Source: Lytechinus pictus (taxonomy: Eukaryota). Taken from it: DNA of 64,000 nt. Below are positions 12,730 to 28,000 of this stretch, piece after piece (the first letter of the stretch is position 1; each line of letters begins with the position of its first letter). The stretch is from NCBI RefSeq assembly GCF_037042905.1, contig NC_087245.1:38318001-38382000 (forward strand), read 5' to 3'. Below the pieces are notes generated by a model that saw only the letters and a program-made list of their open reading frames with translations, was not told the DNA's origin and did not search any database. The translations under genes and the position numbers were made by a program.

Positions 12730-13320
12730 AGGACAAGTCCACCCCAACAAAAAGTTGATTTTAATAAAAAGAGAAAAATCCATCAAGCATAACACTGAAA
12801 ATTTCATCAAAATCGGATGTAAAATAAGGAAGTTATGACATTTTAAAGTTTCGCTTAATTTCACAAAACAGTTATATGCACATCCTGGTCGGTATGCAAA
12901 TGAGGAGACTGTTGACGTCATCCACTCACTATTTCTTTTGTATTTTATTATTTGAAATATGAAATATTCTAATTTTCTCCTCATTGTCAAGTGATACAAC
13001 AATTAATTCCTCCCAGAACATGTGGAATTAGTATTGTTTAATGCTCTCTGGTTCAGTCAAGTTGGTCCTTATTGTCAAATCTATAAAAAATGAAATATTG
13101 TATTATTCAAACTATAAAAAACAAAAGAAATAGTGAGTGATGGACATCATCGACTGACTCACCTAGTTGTGCATATCACTGTTTTGTGAAAAATAAGCGA
13201 AACTTTAAAATGTCATAACTTTCTTATTTTACATCCGATTTGATGAAATTTTCAGCACTATGCTAGTTTAATTTTACTCTATTTATTCAAGTCAGCATTT
13301 TCCTGGGGTGGACTTGACCT
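12730..13320. mobile_element. Family E copy, inverted relative to 8016-8610
   Basis: ttaa|aggacaagtccacccc ... ggggtggacttgacct|ttaa. Confidence 0.82.
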
Positions 13321-13611
13321 TTAAGTATTATGATTAACAAGTATGTATGGTCCATCATTATTTTATATTATGAGGAAATATTGTACGATCAAATTGATGA
13401 CAATGTGTATTAATACATTGAGATGTGAAATGGAATTGATTTTTTTTATTCATGTTCTTGGAATGTATGTTTTTCTCCCCACCTCCCTCACCCGTCCTTC
13501 ATGGGTTCCATGGTAGTTTCTGTACCATGCGAGAACTACCTCAATTTGATATGCGTGTATTCAAAAAGTAAAAATGACTCGTGACTTTAAAATCATCAAT
13601 TCCATTTCACC

Positions 13612-13870
13612 GGGTCATGTGGTCCAGTGGTTTGAGCATTGGACTCATAATCGCAAGGTTGTGAGTTCGAATCCCAACTCTGCCATTGTCTCCACTTTGA
13701 TAAAAAGGCGCGAGAGTGATATCTGTCGTCTATAACGTCAGCCACTATGACTGATTAACCTAGACGTAAAATGTTTCCTAGGTAATTTGGTTATATACCA
13801 GCTTGGCGTTTACCAGCAAAACGCTGTCCTGCTGAGTTCCTACGGGAGTTACCACAAACAGAAACAGAAG
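13612..13870 (+). mobile_element. tRNA-derived SINE (family 2)
   Basis: tggtccagtgg...gagttcgaatccc head, non-tRNA body, short aacag repeat tail. Confidence 0.7.
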
Positions 13871-16800
13871 GTATATCAAATATAAGATCTGGCTATCATT
13901 CCTGTACCATCTAATATCAATGCCAAAAGAGAGCAGCGCTGACCGTAACACAAATTATTTTCAGATATTTTGACGTCATATTGAAGTCGAGTGTACGAGA
14001 TCTTCATCCATATGAACCCCTACAGTGATATATACCAGTACTCAACAAAAAAGTAAGTCCCTCTCCCCCCTAGTCAAAATGCTCTTACTTTTGACAAGAA
14101 TGATTGTGAGACAGGTAGTTTTTTTTTTACACTCATTGGTTTTGTGAAATATTTATCAAAATGACAAAATTGATATTATAATGCGGCACAAAGTGGGGCC
14201 AAAGCCCTGACCGTTCTCTAATTTTCATAATTTGTCAATGTTGTGCTCTCAATGAAGCACAAGATTTCGGGATTTTCATAAAAATTAAATGAACTTAACC
14301 AGGTATAAAGTATCTTAAGCAAGCAATTGAATTGTATTTAAAAAAGAAAAAGAGCTATTTGCATTCCATGTGTTTATTGAAGCATACATGTTTAATTAAA
14401 TGCCATTAAATCATTGAAACATGTTAATTTATCATATGCAGTAACTAAATTGTTCCTACTATTGTTTAAGTAATTTTCTTCTCATTATTTAAATGTTCAT
14501 TTTTACTGTGAAATGATGAATATTGTTGAAGATACCAGTTAGAATGTGTAAAAAAAATGCAATCTTGTCAAATTTTGCACTGTGCTCATTCAACTGTGAA
14601 ATTTAATTAAAAATGTTGTTTTGTAATTGTATGTTAGGACACTGCTGATTTTATAGGACTTAACCATAGCTAGGTTGGGGTATTTTGGGGAGATCATATT
14701 GCCGGGGGGGGGGGGCTCTTAGGCCCCCCTTGAGATCTCGGCAAAATTGGCACACACGTTGTCTGGGACATTCTTTTAATACCATTTTCTGTAAAAAAAT
14801 AAAAAAATAAAAAATTCTTCATTCTCTCAACTCCACATGCTTGCCCTGTGAGTCATTCTTTCTCTTTTTTCTAATTCTGTCTACAATAGTCTCTTCACAA
14901 GTCAAATATTAAGTGCCAATGTCAAAGCATTTTTTAAAAATACAAAGGTTAGCAATTAATCGCTAAATGAAATGGCCTATCAAGATCATCGTTGCGTGTG
15001 CATTTTGTTCTGTAGAATTTGATAGGAACCAACCTGGGCCCGTCTTTCAAAGACTTATGATTGATCTAATCAATCATAGCTCTATGGAAATCCATCAGTG
15101 TCATAATTTTTTCTACAAAAAATTTGCACAATGTCCTTTGCATGCAAAGAGAAGTGCAGTGAATTTTCAAGAAAACAATGAATGCATAATATACATCATA
15201 GCTAAAAAATATTTTGAACAAACATGCATAATAGATTGACGTTGCAGGCCGTCCATAGCTGCTATTGACCTTTGTGTTATTAATCCCTGAATATACAAAC
15301 AGTGGTGGATCTAGCCAGGTTGAACACAATATCATTTCCGGGGCCATATTGCTTTTGCACAATAGTCGGCCCCTTGAAAATATTGAACCTAATCTGGCTA
15401 GATCCGTGCCTGTATGCAAACGTGTTATTTCCATCTTATTAGTCAAATTTTACATTTAGTCAAACAGGGCACATTTCATGAAAGGACTTGTTGGACAAGT
15501 TCTGATTTACCTGACAGTTACCATAGTAACAGTGCTTCTCAGAAAATCAAAATCAAGGAAAGTTGATGAAACGCTTCCCAGGGCCCTGTCTTACTATGGA
15601 AATCCATCAGTGCCTTAATTTTTTCTACAGGAAATTTGCACAATGTCCTTTGTAAACAAAGAGAAGCACAGCAAATTTTCAAGAGAACAATGAATGCATG
15701 AATATACATCACAGTTAGAAAATATTTTGAAAATCATGCCTTATAGATGTTGCTGGCTTTCCATAGTTGCGATTGATTGGATCAATCGCAACACTTTGTA
15801 AGACGGGGCCCAGGTGTCTGTGGTCCCAAAGGAGTTGACTTGGGCAAGATTGACCTGTTTTTTTTGTTGGTTTTTTTACTTAAAATACCTCATGATATAA
15901 CTCATTCAACCATGTCCCATTGACCACTGAAAAGATTAATCCGATTGGTGTATTGACATGAGAAAATGTTTATTCAACAATCACTTCGGCTGATCCTAAA
16001 AAGCGCCAGCTATGACGAAGGTCTCACGAAGCTTGCAGCCTCGCAAACGAAAGCTTACCAAAAAAAGGTAACTTTTCATGATTGTGGAATACAGAACGTT
16101 TTTCATGTCCCACTGATTTCTCGATTAAAAAAAAAAACTTCCACTTCAGGAACAAAACACACACTAGCTGGATATCTTGTATTCTGTAACTTTATCTTTT
16201 CATTCAGAAAGTAGAACATGTAATAAAACTTTTACCCAAGTAATCAAGTTATCAAGGTCAAAGATAAATAAAAAGGAAAGTCTATAGTATAAACAGACAA
16301 ATATACACAAAATGAGAAAAAAAAGATGGAATAATACTTGTCACATCAGATCTAAACTGAAAGATATCAACATCCATTATTCGATGCAAAGCACAATTCT
16401 GAAACATTAAGATAATTTGCGTCATGTTATATAGTGGAATGCAAAGGCAAATTGTACCATTCCTTACCAAAGAAACAAAAACAAACCACATCATGAATGG
16501 GGGGGGGGGGGGGGGGAATACAAAATTGAAAAGTACATTTGTACATTATATCCTACAGGCTACAATATATTCATGGCAGTAAACTTCATTAAATGCATTA
16601 ATACTTAATATACATATATTTATCAATTTTGGCACCAATTAAACTTTGCCTAAATAAATAAAATTTCCAAAATACACTTAATTATATTCAGCATTTCTTT
16701 CAGGTATAAATATATTCTAAAGTTTTCAAAAAATAAAAACAAACTTATATTGCAACAACTGTCCGATATTGACAATACACTTACACGATGAAATATGAAT

Positions 16801-18785
16801 AATTTTAATAGATCTCTATAAATCTGTATCACATGATTCATTACATCTTATGTAAATATATTAATGAGAAAATTACTGTTTGAAAAGAGGAAATGTAAAT
16901 CAACACAAAAAAATCAAGGAAGACTTAGAAATCAAATTATATTCACAATGTTTCTTTGTTTTTCTTTGAAAGGTTAGTGTGTACATGGAATCCACAATGG
17001 CTAAGTTTAAATAATAAACAAATTCAGGATATCTCTGCAATAAACTAAACTTCAGTGGATTGATATGGCTGAGATGTAAATAACCTTGCCTTGCATATTC
17101 CCAAGAAATGGAAGGCAATGCAATTGAGAAGCAAAATTTTAATTCACTGTTCCTCTGAAAAAAAAATCACAACGCACATTGGGCCATATTCTGAACTCAG
17201 GTTTAAATTAAACCCTGGTTTAAAGTTGGGGTCAACTATGGAGAGTCAATTGGGGCACAAACCTCCATTAGTACACTTTCAATTATTAACTGATGTGAAA
17301 CTCACATCATTCATAACTGCTGGGAATGATAACTGAAGTATTTTTCTTCATTATGAACGCAAAATGGAAACAAAACAGTAAACATATAAAATATACAATG
17401 TAAACAGAATTTTGAGTTTTTGGCTGTCCATAATTTTAGCAAAGAGTTAAGACCGTGATCTAAGTTAAACCTGACTTCAGAATACGGGCCATAGAACTTG
17501 ATTCTATGAAGTAAACAGTCTTAGAACCTGGGTCCCGTAACACAAAGGTTAGCGATTAATCGTACGCTTGATTTTCACGAGAGATTGTAAATTCTAGTCA
17601 ATGCAATCAATCGCAGAAAAAATGTTCTACGATCACTGCTAAGCTTTGTGTTACAGACCCCTGACCTTTATTATACAAGTATTACAGGCACCCAGTACTA
17701 AATGTTTTCCTTTTCCCCCACAGGCCAAATTTGCTGCCTAACCCCGGCAATTAAAGGAAATGCTAGCTTTCCCCCACACAAAATTCAGTAATCCCGGACT
17801 AGTAGCCATTCATGAGCGCTTATATCTGATTGGACCACAGCACTGGCCCCATTGCCCCCAGGACGTACACTGAGCACCATCCTTGGCTTGGCCGGGGGTT
17901 TCTTTTCCCACTAGCAACACTTAACCCTGGACTATCACTCTCAGCACCGCAATAGCGCGACTTACCCTCCTATTTTACAGGGCCAATTATTCCTGTTCTA
18001 TAGGTTGGGTTAGCCCACTTTGCATAAACCCTGTGTGAAAAGAAAGTGGGCTAAGCTCAACCCCGTACTATAGGTGAGGCTTAAAGGCAATTTAGTCCCA
18101 CCTATAATAAGGGGTTATAAAAAATAAATATTTTGCAAGTGTAGAAAGATTATTTGATAGTCTAGTCATAACAAACACCTTTGTCAGCTTTAAAATCGCT
18201 CTCAATAAGATTGAGAGCTTTCTTTTTCACTTTCACTTAAATGATGCACATAAAACTTCAGTGATTAAATAATCCAAGGTGAATTTCACGATGGAGAGAT
18301 GTCAATATGTCAAAGGGTGCAAGGATTGTGAAATGCTCAAATTGACAGATTTCTGTGCAATCAATACTATCGAGGCAGTGTGACGTCCTAGTCTACATTC
18401 AAAGAATATTTTGGGACTCTTGGGTGATTGCAAGCTCATATTGCCCAAAAGCTTTGAAGAAAGGCATTGACATAATTATCTTTCACACACTTCATTTGAA
18501 CAAGTGATTACTTTTCCATGAATTTTTAATTTTCATGAAATAGGTCCTTAAACTTTCAAGTTAAGATGACATGATTTGAAACCTTAACCTTGGTTAAGAT
18601 TTCAGCATTCATACTAGCATGACAAGGCTTAAAAATTATTTCAACTTTTTTTCAGGCCAAGTTTTTGTTAGCGGGATGGGGGGGGGGTCACAGTTTGCCC
18701 CCCCCCCCCATTGCTAAATGAGGGCTGAGGTTATAATCAATGTGCATCACTATCGCCCTCTCTCTCTCACACACACACACACACA

Positions 18786-19088
18786 CTACATCTCAGTCAT
18801 CTTAGCTTTCTCTGCTGCCAGCTGCCACTGTCTGTACTCTATATTATCCCCTTCATCGTAACAGAACCCTATACCTCCTAACCGATTCTTGGCCGCTGTA
18901 TACAGCACAAGGAACGTCTCGCGGTGCGCCATCTCCATGCTGTACTGATACGAGCGCCGAACTTCCTGCGACCCTCTTTCCGATGCCTCCGACGGGCTGT
19001 CAGAGGCGGCGGTCGGTTCGTCTTCGTGACCCGATGTGTCCGAGGTTGCCGCCACGTAGTCCGCCACACGGTCTGCTGTCAGAGGGTG
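18786..19088 (-). CDS. VPS13B: VPS13B terminal coding exon
   Basis: tttcacag|HPLTADRVADYV...AKMTEM TAG. Confidence 0.85.
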   Translation of the reverse strand, partial: HPLTADRVADYVAATSDTSGHEDEPTAASDSPSEASERGSQEVRRSYQYSMEMAHRETFLVLYTAAKNRLGGIGFCYDEGDNIEYRQWQLAAEKAKMTEM

Positions 19089-22000
19089 CTGTGAAAAAAA
19101 TGCATTTATCAAATTAATCGCAAATCAGTAATCCACATCTGGCGAACATTTGATCAGTGTAAAAAGCAGTATTCGGTTGCTGATTATTGGTTTACTGACT
19201 GAATGCATCGATTGTTTGAGTCACTCCCAGGCCAAATCTCTGTAATCCTTTTAGAATGGAAACTGAAATATTCACCTTTTCTTTGTGAGCAGCTGCTGGA
19301 CCCTTGACAATGACCTTGAGCATTTTCTCATTGAATCTGACCGGTCCACATGCAATGTCACACAGGGGAAGGGTCAACTGCTGCATATCCTCGCTTGAAC
19401 TCACGACGTATAGGACTTCAGGGGTAAGAAGCAGGGCGCCCCCACGCTGTAGGCCTTGGACAGTCATGGATGTGATGTCTACGTGGTACAGGATTTCGGA
19501 GGTTGGGAGGGTTTTCAGCATCTTCCTACGGGTTTTGAACAATTCCAATCACATCAGTGTCAATTCCAAGCTTTACCGATCTTACATTCTCTTACCTTCT
19601 AACTCCCAAAACAATGCAAAACTCATTACCATTTTAAAGATAACATTTTTTATCAATATTCTTGCGATTCCACCTTGTGGACAGCCATATTGTATCATTA
19701 TCCATTGACCGCTGTCATCTTTGCACACTACAGATGATCTTGTGTGTTAAGGTCGCTATCACATGACAATGAGTGCAGTGAGAGCTTGGCTATTCTAGTG
19801 CAAACAAAATGGATGCTTTTTAACTGGAGAGCTTAAGGTGAGTGGCTCAAAGAAAGACTTCATTGATGGAACAACAACAAAGATCTTATTTCTACAAAGT
19901 GATTTATCTACTTTCTACAACGTTTCCAAGTCAGGGAGTCTTTTACGGCTTGACTTATGTTATTTAATTTTTGCAGACGTGTACCAATCAGATCTGATTA
20001 TTTACGCTTGGACCGACCTTCAACGTCACCATCCGAAAGACGTGACCAGGGCTCAAACCTCTGGATCAATTTGTAACTTCACCACTTAGACTGGATTACA
20101 GGCGCACTCCATGATGCCAACTTTATATGGACATGGCCTTTAATACAGAACCAGACAAAATATTTGAACAGCAAAATTACAATCATCCAACAACTTACCA
20201 TTCATATTTCAGCCTTGCATTAGTGGCTGAGCTCCTGATCACACTAAACTGTGCTCCTAGAGGCGTTAATTTCTCTGCAAGACCGGTTCCATGTAGGATA
20301 CCTGAATTTATATACAAAAGGTAAATACAACACATAGATTTTAAAGAGAGCCAAAAACAGTTGAAAATGGCAGAGCCAGTCATTTGTGTGTAGTCCTACA
20401 TATTTATGTGTGCAGCACATGATTTGCCACCCCCAAACCAACAATAAGTCGCTGAAGATAAATTTTGAGATAAAAAAATAGAGCTTGTAAACGCAAATCC
20501 TCCGCTTTAAAGTAATATATAACACGTCACAATTTATCAACATTTTCCCTCACAAGTACTAGATTGAATGCAGAAGAAATTCAGCGAGAGATTCAAAAGA
20601 TTTAAGAGAAATGTAGCTTCCACAATCAACAAATTCAGAAGCAGATCTAAAGAAAGCATTTACCATTCCCTGTAATACAAGTTTGGATAGATGAACAGAC
20701 CATTTATTTCATTTATTAAAATCAACCATTTTAAAAACAAGATAAATATACAGTAATATACACTATACAGTAATTTGCACTATGAAATCTATCATGGCCA
20801 AAGCTGGACTGCACTGCCTCTTATGAAACTTGACATCATTTTCATCTACCTACCCTGTCCTGTTTGGGCCACCAGCTCAGCTGCCCCACCCAGAGGTTTG
20901 ACCACTGCCCCTACCAGCCCCTTGCCAACGCCTGATATCACACCTCTAGCTCGCTGCGAAGGGGAAGCGGACAAGGACGGATCGGTACCAGCTCCCTGGA
21001 AGCTGCGAAGGGGTTGGTCAGCCAGTCCGGCAATGGCTCCTGAGAAAGTCAAGGTTAGTACTGAATTAATGCCACATTGTAATGAAATATCTTATACAGG
21101 GGCAGCCCTGAGGGGTGACTGCCCCCTATGATTTTTCAAATAGTTAAAAATAAAACTGAGAAAAAAAAGGAGTGGGAAAAAAAAAGAGAGAATTAAAGGA
21201 TGCAGGTCAGGGTCATGCAGCCATACATTACCCCCATATTCAATTAAAAAAAAGGCACTTTTGGATCATCTCTTGACCCCCCAACCCCCTCCATGGCACC
21301 ATTCCTGAAATTACACCATATATATAAAAAAATCCAGCATTTGGTATGATGTCAGAGTGCAGGATGGTGCATTTTGATGCCTTAGTGCTATTCCCTGAAT
21401 ATCATGTGATTTGGACCAATCAGATTACAGAACAGTCTTAGGAGTTGTGTAATCCGCCATGTTAATCACTGAATGCATTCAGTTTCACCAAAGATTCTTT
21501 GAGTGCATTATGAATCAATGAGAAACTTGAATTATACATAAACAGCTTTTTTTTGTCCAAACAAAATTGAACAATTTTGTGCCTCCCACCCCCAACCCAA
21601 TCATGAGATCCTGGACCCAAGAATGCCAACATTTCCAGAGTGAATTTACGTGAAATCTAGGATGAATACAAAGTATGCTCACCTAGCAAACTGATTCCAA
21701 AGCTACTCAGACCTTGGACAATAGCCGAGGACATCCCCTCCGGTATGCGGCGTCTCTCTTCCTCACGCCTTGCCACATGGTCAGCATCGAGAGACAGACG
21801 ATCAAGGTTGCGAGACATGCTGGATGCAAACTTGGTGATGGAAGTAAGCGTACCTGTTTTAAAAAAAAAATAAAAGCTTCCTTTTTTAGCAATCTTGCAA
21901 ACAGACTAGCCAACATGATTCACTCTTTGACAGCAGCTGTTTGTTTCAATGCAAATTCAGTGATTTCTGTTAATGTTGGGATCCGGGCCAGGCTGAAACT

Positions 22001-25000
22001 CAGAGCCAGGCAAGTTGGGGGGATTCTAAATTCTCAGAGTTTGCCAATGAACGTAGAGGGCAGCAGCAACACGTTCATTAACTTTACAACATTTTTGCCA
22101 TAATTTTGATATGGATGAAATAAGTGACCAAAAAGACGTCTGAGAATTCAACAAACGTTAAAACCGATGCCAAAATACAGCTGTTCCGAATGCTTGTCTT
22201 CATGTGTCAGGAATAACTTATCATTCATTCAACATTTTTCGTATTCCGATGATAGCAGAAGTGACTTGTTTGTTCAAGGGAGTCACTACAGCCCATCTTT
22301 TATATTGTATGATTATATTTCTTACCGGCCGACAGATGACGAACCAAGGATGACATTCCGGAGGCCACACCTGCTACAAAGGCACTAGGACCCCTGGTGA
22401 GTCCCTCGTAGGGTAGGTAGACTGTATCAAAAAGGCCTGTACGAACGCTACGCAGGAAACCGGCTGGGTTACCAATCAGATCCAATGAACCAATAGCCCA
22501 ACCTGAATTTACATCACAGAAAGAATACAGCGATAACAAGTAAATATCCTGCATACAGTTTCGCTCAAAATTTAGTGAACCCCACCACAAAATGCGCTCC
22601 TCCAAGCTGAGTGTTGAATATAGACAACAACACTGTACAATGTTGGGCGAACCTACAGAAACAAACTTTATTTTGATGTAAATACCTTAGACATGGCACA
22701 ACTTGAACACTTTAAATATATTCATTTACTGGATTAGTATCAACCCGTTATGATCTGGCGTTCTAAACATTATTGAGGTTCTGGTAAAAAAAAAAACCAT
22801 CAACATGATCCATGATCACCTAAAACCTGTTTAATAGCAATGGTCTTTGACTCTGTATCATAAGCACTTTAAACTAAATCTCAAAAGGTTTGGAGGATGT
22901 ACCCAAGACAATGGATCATTTCAGTGTCCTTTTAATAATAAGGCTTTAAACACCGATCAATCAAACCTACTCACCGGCTTTGAAGAGAGCTCCTGAGGTG
23001 TAGTGGAGCGTCAAGGCTTGGCCTAGCTGACGATGGGTCGCGTAAATAGGTCCAGTCTCATACCGTTGGAACTGGAGCCGGGTCTGGTCCAAGGAGATGA
23101 ACATCTTGAGCGTAGCATGTATGCTGGCGGTCAAGGAGATTGGGAGGATGGTCAGCTGCTGAAGGCCGATGGGAGACCTCAAGGCGTCCATCGCTACGGT
23201 CACCATTAGAGGAGGGCCAGACCTTAAAGTGGAAATTATGTAGAATAATACAATATATAGCATTAATGGGGCACCGTTCATGTCGTTGCCTATTCAGTGG
23301 CACACTACATATTACCCTGGCTGTAGCTCCAGCTGCTATTAAAAGGCACTTGGTGCATTCAGGCAATTAATCAAGCCAGGTACCCATTCACCTCACTTGG
23401 ATTGAGTGCAGCACAATGTGGGCAAATTTCTTGCTGAAGGAAAACACACCATGGTTGGCATTTGAACCCACGTCCCTCTGATTGAAAGACGAGAGTCGAA
23501 ACCACTAGACCACAATGCCCCCACATGAAAACATGTTGAAACAAAATAAAAGACATTGTTTGATGATAAAGTAGAATCTACAGTAGCTTTTTTTAAAGCT
23601 TCTTTTTTCTTCTGGAAATAAGTTGAATGAAGTATTAAAGGGGTTCTCCAGGCAGAAAAATTATGTGATTTGAACAGATTGAGTAGAATCAGACAAAGAA
23701 AACATTAAAAAATTCATAAAAAATTATGCGAAGAATAAAAAGAGTTATGACCTTTCACAATTATGCATTACTTTGGCAAAACAATCCAGTGCACGGCCTG
23801 ATGAATATGCAATAAGCAAACTGATGATGTCATTTCCCCATTTATTTTAGCATGAGATGATGTTTATTCTTATGTTTCTCCTGCAAGAAGGTGAAAGTAG
23901 GACTGACTACTAATTTATTATATAAGATTTATGATCATTGCTGAAAGTTATTTTCTTAAAAGGGAGACACATATTTATACAAGGAGACATAATTTTACAC
24001 TCAAGAAATAAGTCAGGATGAGATATCTATGACTGATATAATTAAAGAAACATTAAACTAACATATCGATCGTCAAGTAAAACAGACAAAGAATATCAGA
24101 AAACCACCCACCTTGCCGAGGGCGCTTTCTGGACCAGACCTGATGGGGAGTATGTCTCCACGAGGCTCTTGGCATTCCGCAGAAACTGGTCTTCTATGTA
24201 CACCTCCATGTTGTGGATTGCAACTTCTGCGTTGCGGAGACGATCTCCGAATCCCTCGTTTCCTTCCACGAAGACGTGCACCCAGAGGAAACTACTCTCT
24301 CTGTTCTCTTGCGCTCCTGCATAGACAAAGTTGTACCATCTTTCTGGGGTAAGCTGGTGGTTGTGGTCAATGTCTGGCAGGAAGTTGTCCTCTGACCTTT
24401 CATGACCTCTGAAGACGACAGGGAAGTCGTAACCGCCGCCATCTTGGCTCTGGTTGTCAATCTGGACAGATTGTATCAAGAGATAAAAAATGCATTCGTA
24501 TAACGAATCCCGTAGCTCAGCAATGTATCAGGAATTCATTCCTAAAAATGCGAACGTCTGAGTTATAATATGCAATGCGTTGGAAACACTTGTATTATTT
24601 TTGTTGCATCATTGCTTGCAGGGATTAAAATGAAGAACTACAAAATAAATATCAATATGAGAAACTAAAATCTACCTAATGAGTGTAGAATTTTATGATT
24701 CCCTCGGACTTCAGGGACTGATCGGTCTTATAAGGCAAGGGGTTATAAAGGGGAATCCAACCAAATTAGAAAGTTAATAGAGGAACAAGAAAAATCAGAC
24801 AAATACTTTCACCATTCTGTATCACTTATTTTTCCTCCTCTCTCACACATTTCATGATCAAGGTTGGATTCCCCTTAACCCTATTAAGAAGACTGGGGGG
24901 GGGGGGGCTGATTCAGCCCCCCTCGATAAATCCGCCGAGCAAATTTTTTTTGACCGCGTCGCCCACCGAACTTTTTACTTTCAAGTCTCGCGCAAATTTT

Positions 25001-28000
25001 GAGACCAAAATTGCAACCCCTGGGTACGCGGTTCCGAAATAACACGACATTTCATAAGTGCAAGCAGACCCAAAATTGCTCAAAAACGTGAATTTGTGTA
25101 CAAATCCAATGTAAATAGTGTTTTTAGCCAAAATTCATAAATGTATCATTATTTTTCCTTTTACTGATTAAAATCCCTGACGATTTCCTGATGATTTGAA
25201 AAAAAAAAAAAAGTCGAAAACAAAGAAATACATAAGAAATTTAGAAAAGTATAATAAAATACATAAGACAAATAAATGCGATAGTTGAATTTTTTAAAAT
25301 CCATTTGATCAGATCCTTATAAAGAGTCTGTGTACCAAAATTAGCATTCTTGAGGAATTATTCATTTTATTAGATTTTAGAGCAGACTTTGATCTCATAG
25401 TTTTGTAGATTATGCCATGGGTAACGCGCGTGCCAATTTTTGTCGCCATCACGCGATCGACGGCCGAGATCCCGTCTTCTCAGGCGTCGAAATAGCCCAG
25501 TCTATTTAGGGTTAAAGCAATACACTTTGACATGATACTAAATGAATCGGACTGACCTGGATTTCCGCGACGGAGAAAGTAAGCAGATGAAGAGCATGGA
25601 GAGCCTTGGTGCGTTTCAGGTCCTCTCTGGCAACCATGAGAAAGCTCACACCTTTAGCGGTCACCCGAAGGACTTCCTTGACCTCTAGTCCGGGTGTCTG
25701 GTCATTCATCACCTGATAACACAAGTCATTAGAAGAATGTCAAATGATTGGAGCTCAGACCGTTCAGCCACCTGTGAGCTCCATGAGGTTAATATCAAGA
25801 AGATACCCACGATTCAACTAGAAATGTATGTTCTGTAGAGAACATTTTATCTACAAGCAAGCTTTATTTTTCTATCAATGCCAGGGGCAATTCAAACAGG
25901 CTGAGAATTGGCAAATTGATAGATAAATAAAACAAAATTAACTAGATGTTATGAAGTAATCAAGCAAGAACTTACCTTGACGACAATACCAGCTGTGCCA
26001 ATGGACTGGCTGATCTGAGGTGGATCGACTTGAGATTCCTCAACCTGTTCATCCCTAGAATTTAGAGAATCCACAAAGATATGAATCAACGTTCCGACGC
26101 ATTCCGTAGCGACCAGCAGGTACCCTCCCGAAGGCATAGAAACTATCTCGGACCTTGTCGGGTTGCACGAATCGACAATATCCACCGCCTCGCTCCATTG
26201 CTGACCTTCGACCTTTGACCCGCCTTCCATGAGAGACTGGGAGGAAGGGACGGTGACCGAGCCTGGAGGCTTGGCGATGGCAAAGTGGAACTTGTGGACG
26301 TTAGACTGCTTTGACTGCGCGTCCAGAGGAGGGTTGTAGTGGATGACGGAAGCGGATGGAACAATGGGAATCTTAGGCATTGGACTGAACTCTTCTTCTA
26401 TCTCCAGGGCTTCTGCAATGGGAAAGCAAATCAAGTACAGTTCCTGCGATATAACTTGACTACATGGGTAATTATAACACAAATTCATACATGGAACGCC
26501 TCTGGCAGTCTCGCCTGCATCACGCAATTCAACATAGCAGCAGAGCCGACTATGAAAACAGCTAAGATGAATAATTATTACAAAACACCATCCATATGAT
26601 AATAAATTACTAAGTTAATTGACCCTTAATGACCCCTGAGCTTGATCATGTAACCTCCACTTTCTTGCCTCTCCATTTCACTTCTACCTCTATCCACCTT
26701 TATCTCAGTCCTTTCCAGGACTTCACACATGGCGTTCTGTAAACCATATTTGATATTGTTCATACCACCATGCAAACTTCAAACATCATCTAAAATATAT
26801 TGGGGACTACTTGGTTGTTCACAATTATAAAATTACCTTACCTTCCACCTTGGTGTGTTCTTGAGAATGCCCAATATGAACAGGGAAGGGACATCGATTG
26901 ATGACTAGCACTTTGGGGGAGGGGTCCAGGTCAAAGGTCACATAGGTCATGCCCTGATGGCAGTATACCATGGCGACCATGGGACAGGTCACGATGTTCT
27001 TGGACTGGAACGTCTTGGAAGGCTTGGTGATCTGTGTCAAAGGTCATTTCAAATTGCACTCGTGCTAATTACAGTGATTACATTGCAGTGAAGGTCAAAT
27101 TGATCTTGTCTACATATAAACAACGTATTATGCAATGATGGTGAAAGTTGATACACACAGAAAGAGTCATCAAAAGATTACATAAAGATGAATACAAATG
27201 AATTTGCATGGCAAACATATAGTTATTCCTAATCCATTCTATTCCTCAAGAAAAACTATCAAATGTACCTTTATCCCCCCCCAAAAAAAATAGAAATACA
27301 AAAATAATGTGTGATGCCATTGGTTCCCTCATTTGAATACTGATCTGATCAGCAAATGCATGTAATTGTCTTGTGAAATTAAGAAAAACTTTAAATTGTC
27401 AGTACTTTCTTATTTTACATCTAGTTCTGTGTTGGGCTGGTTCGATTTTCTTAATTTTTTTTTTATTGAATCAACTTTTTGTTGGGGTAGACTTCCCCTT
27501 TACAATCACTTGTAACATGTTATGAATATATGGATTGAAGGGATCAGCAAAACACAAGAGTTAAATCAACGCGAGTGGTGATTGATGGGGAAATAACACT
27601 TTATCACATGATTAAAGGGTCAAGCACGTTCCAAACTAGGGGTTTGATACAATAACAATCTTTGTAAAGTGACACAATTTATTGCCCTGCATTTCAAAAT
27701 TTTGTGCTGTGATAAGTCAATCAAACAGATGAACATATAAGCGTAATACATGGTGTTTGTTTGAATTACCAATCATGAGACCCAGAGTCTTAGGATTGTT
27801 TTGGCAACCCAAAATAAATGACGATCCTGAGTTCAATCTGATATGTGCTTTCTGTTGTTTTTAATATCATGAGAGTTACTCACAATGGATAGATTATTAA
27901 GTGTAAGGGAATAGGCTTTTGCAATTGCATGCTATTCAATTCCCCCATGATTCCGAACTTGCGTGACCCTTCAACCTCTGACCAATCCTCTAACAAGATT

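Noticed and set aside
13612..13684. tRNA-Met-like gene (CAT loop)
   Set aside because: Stems pair poorly and it continues into a SINE-like body and tail; treated as a SINE head.
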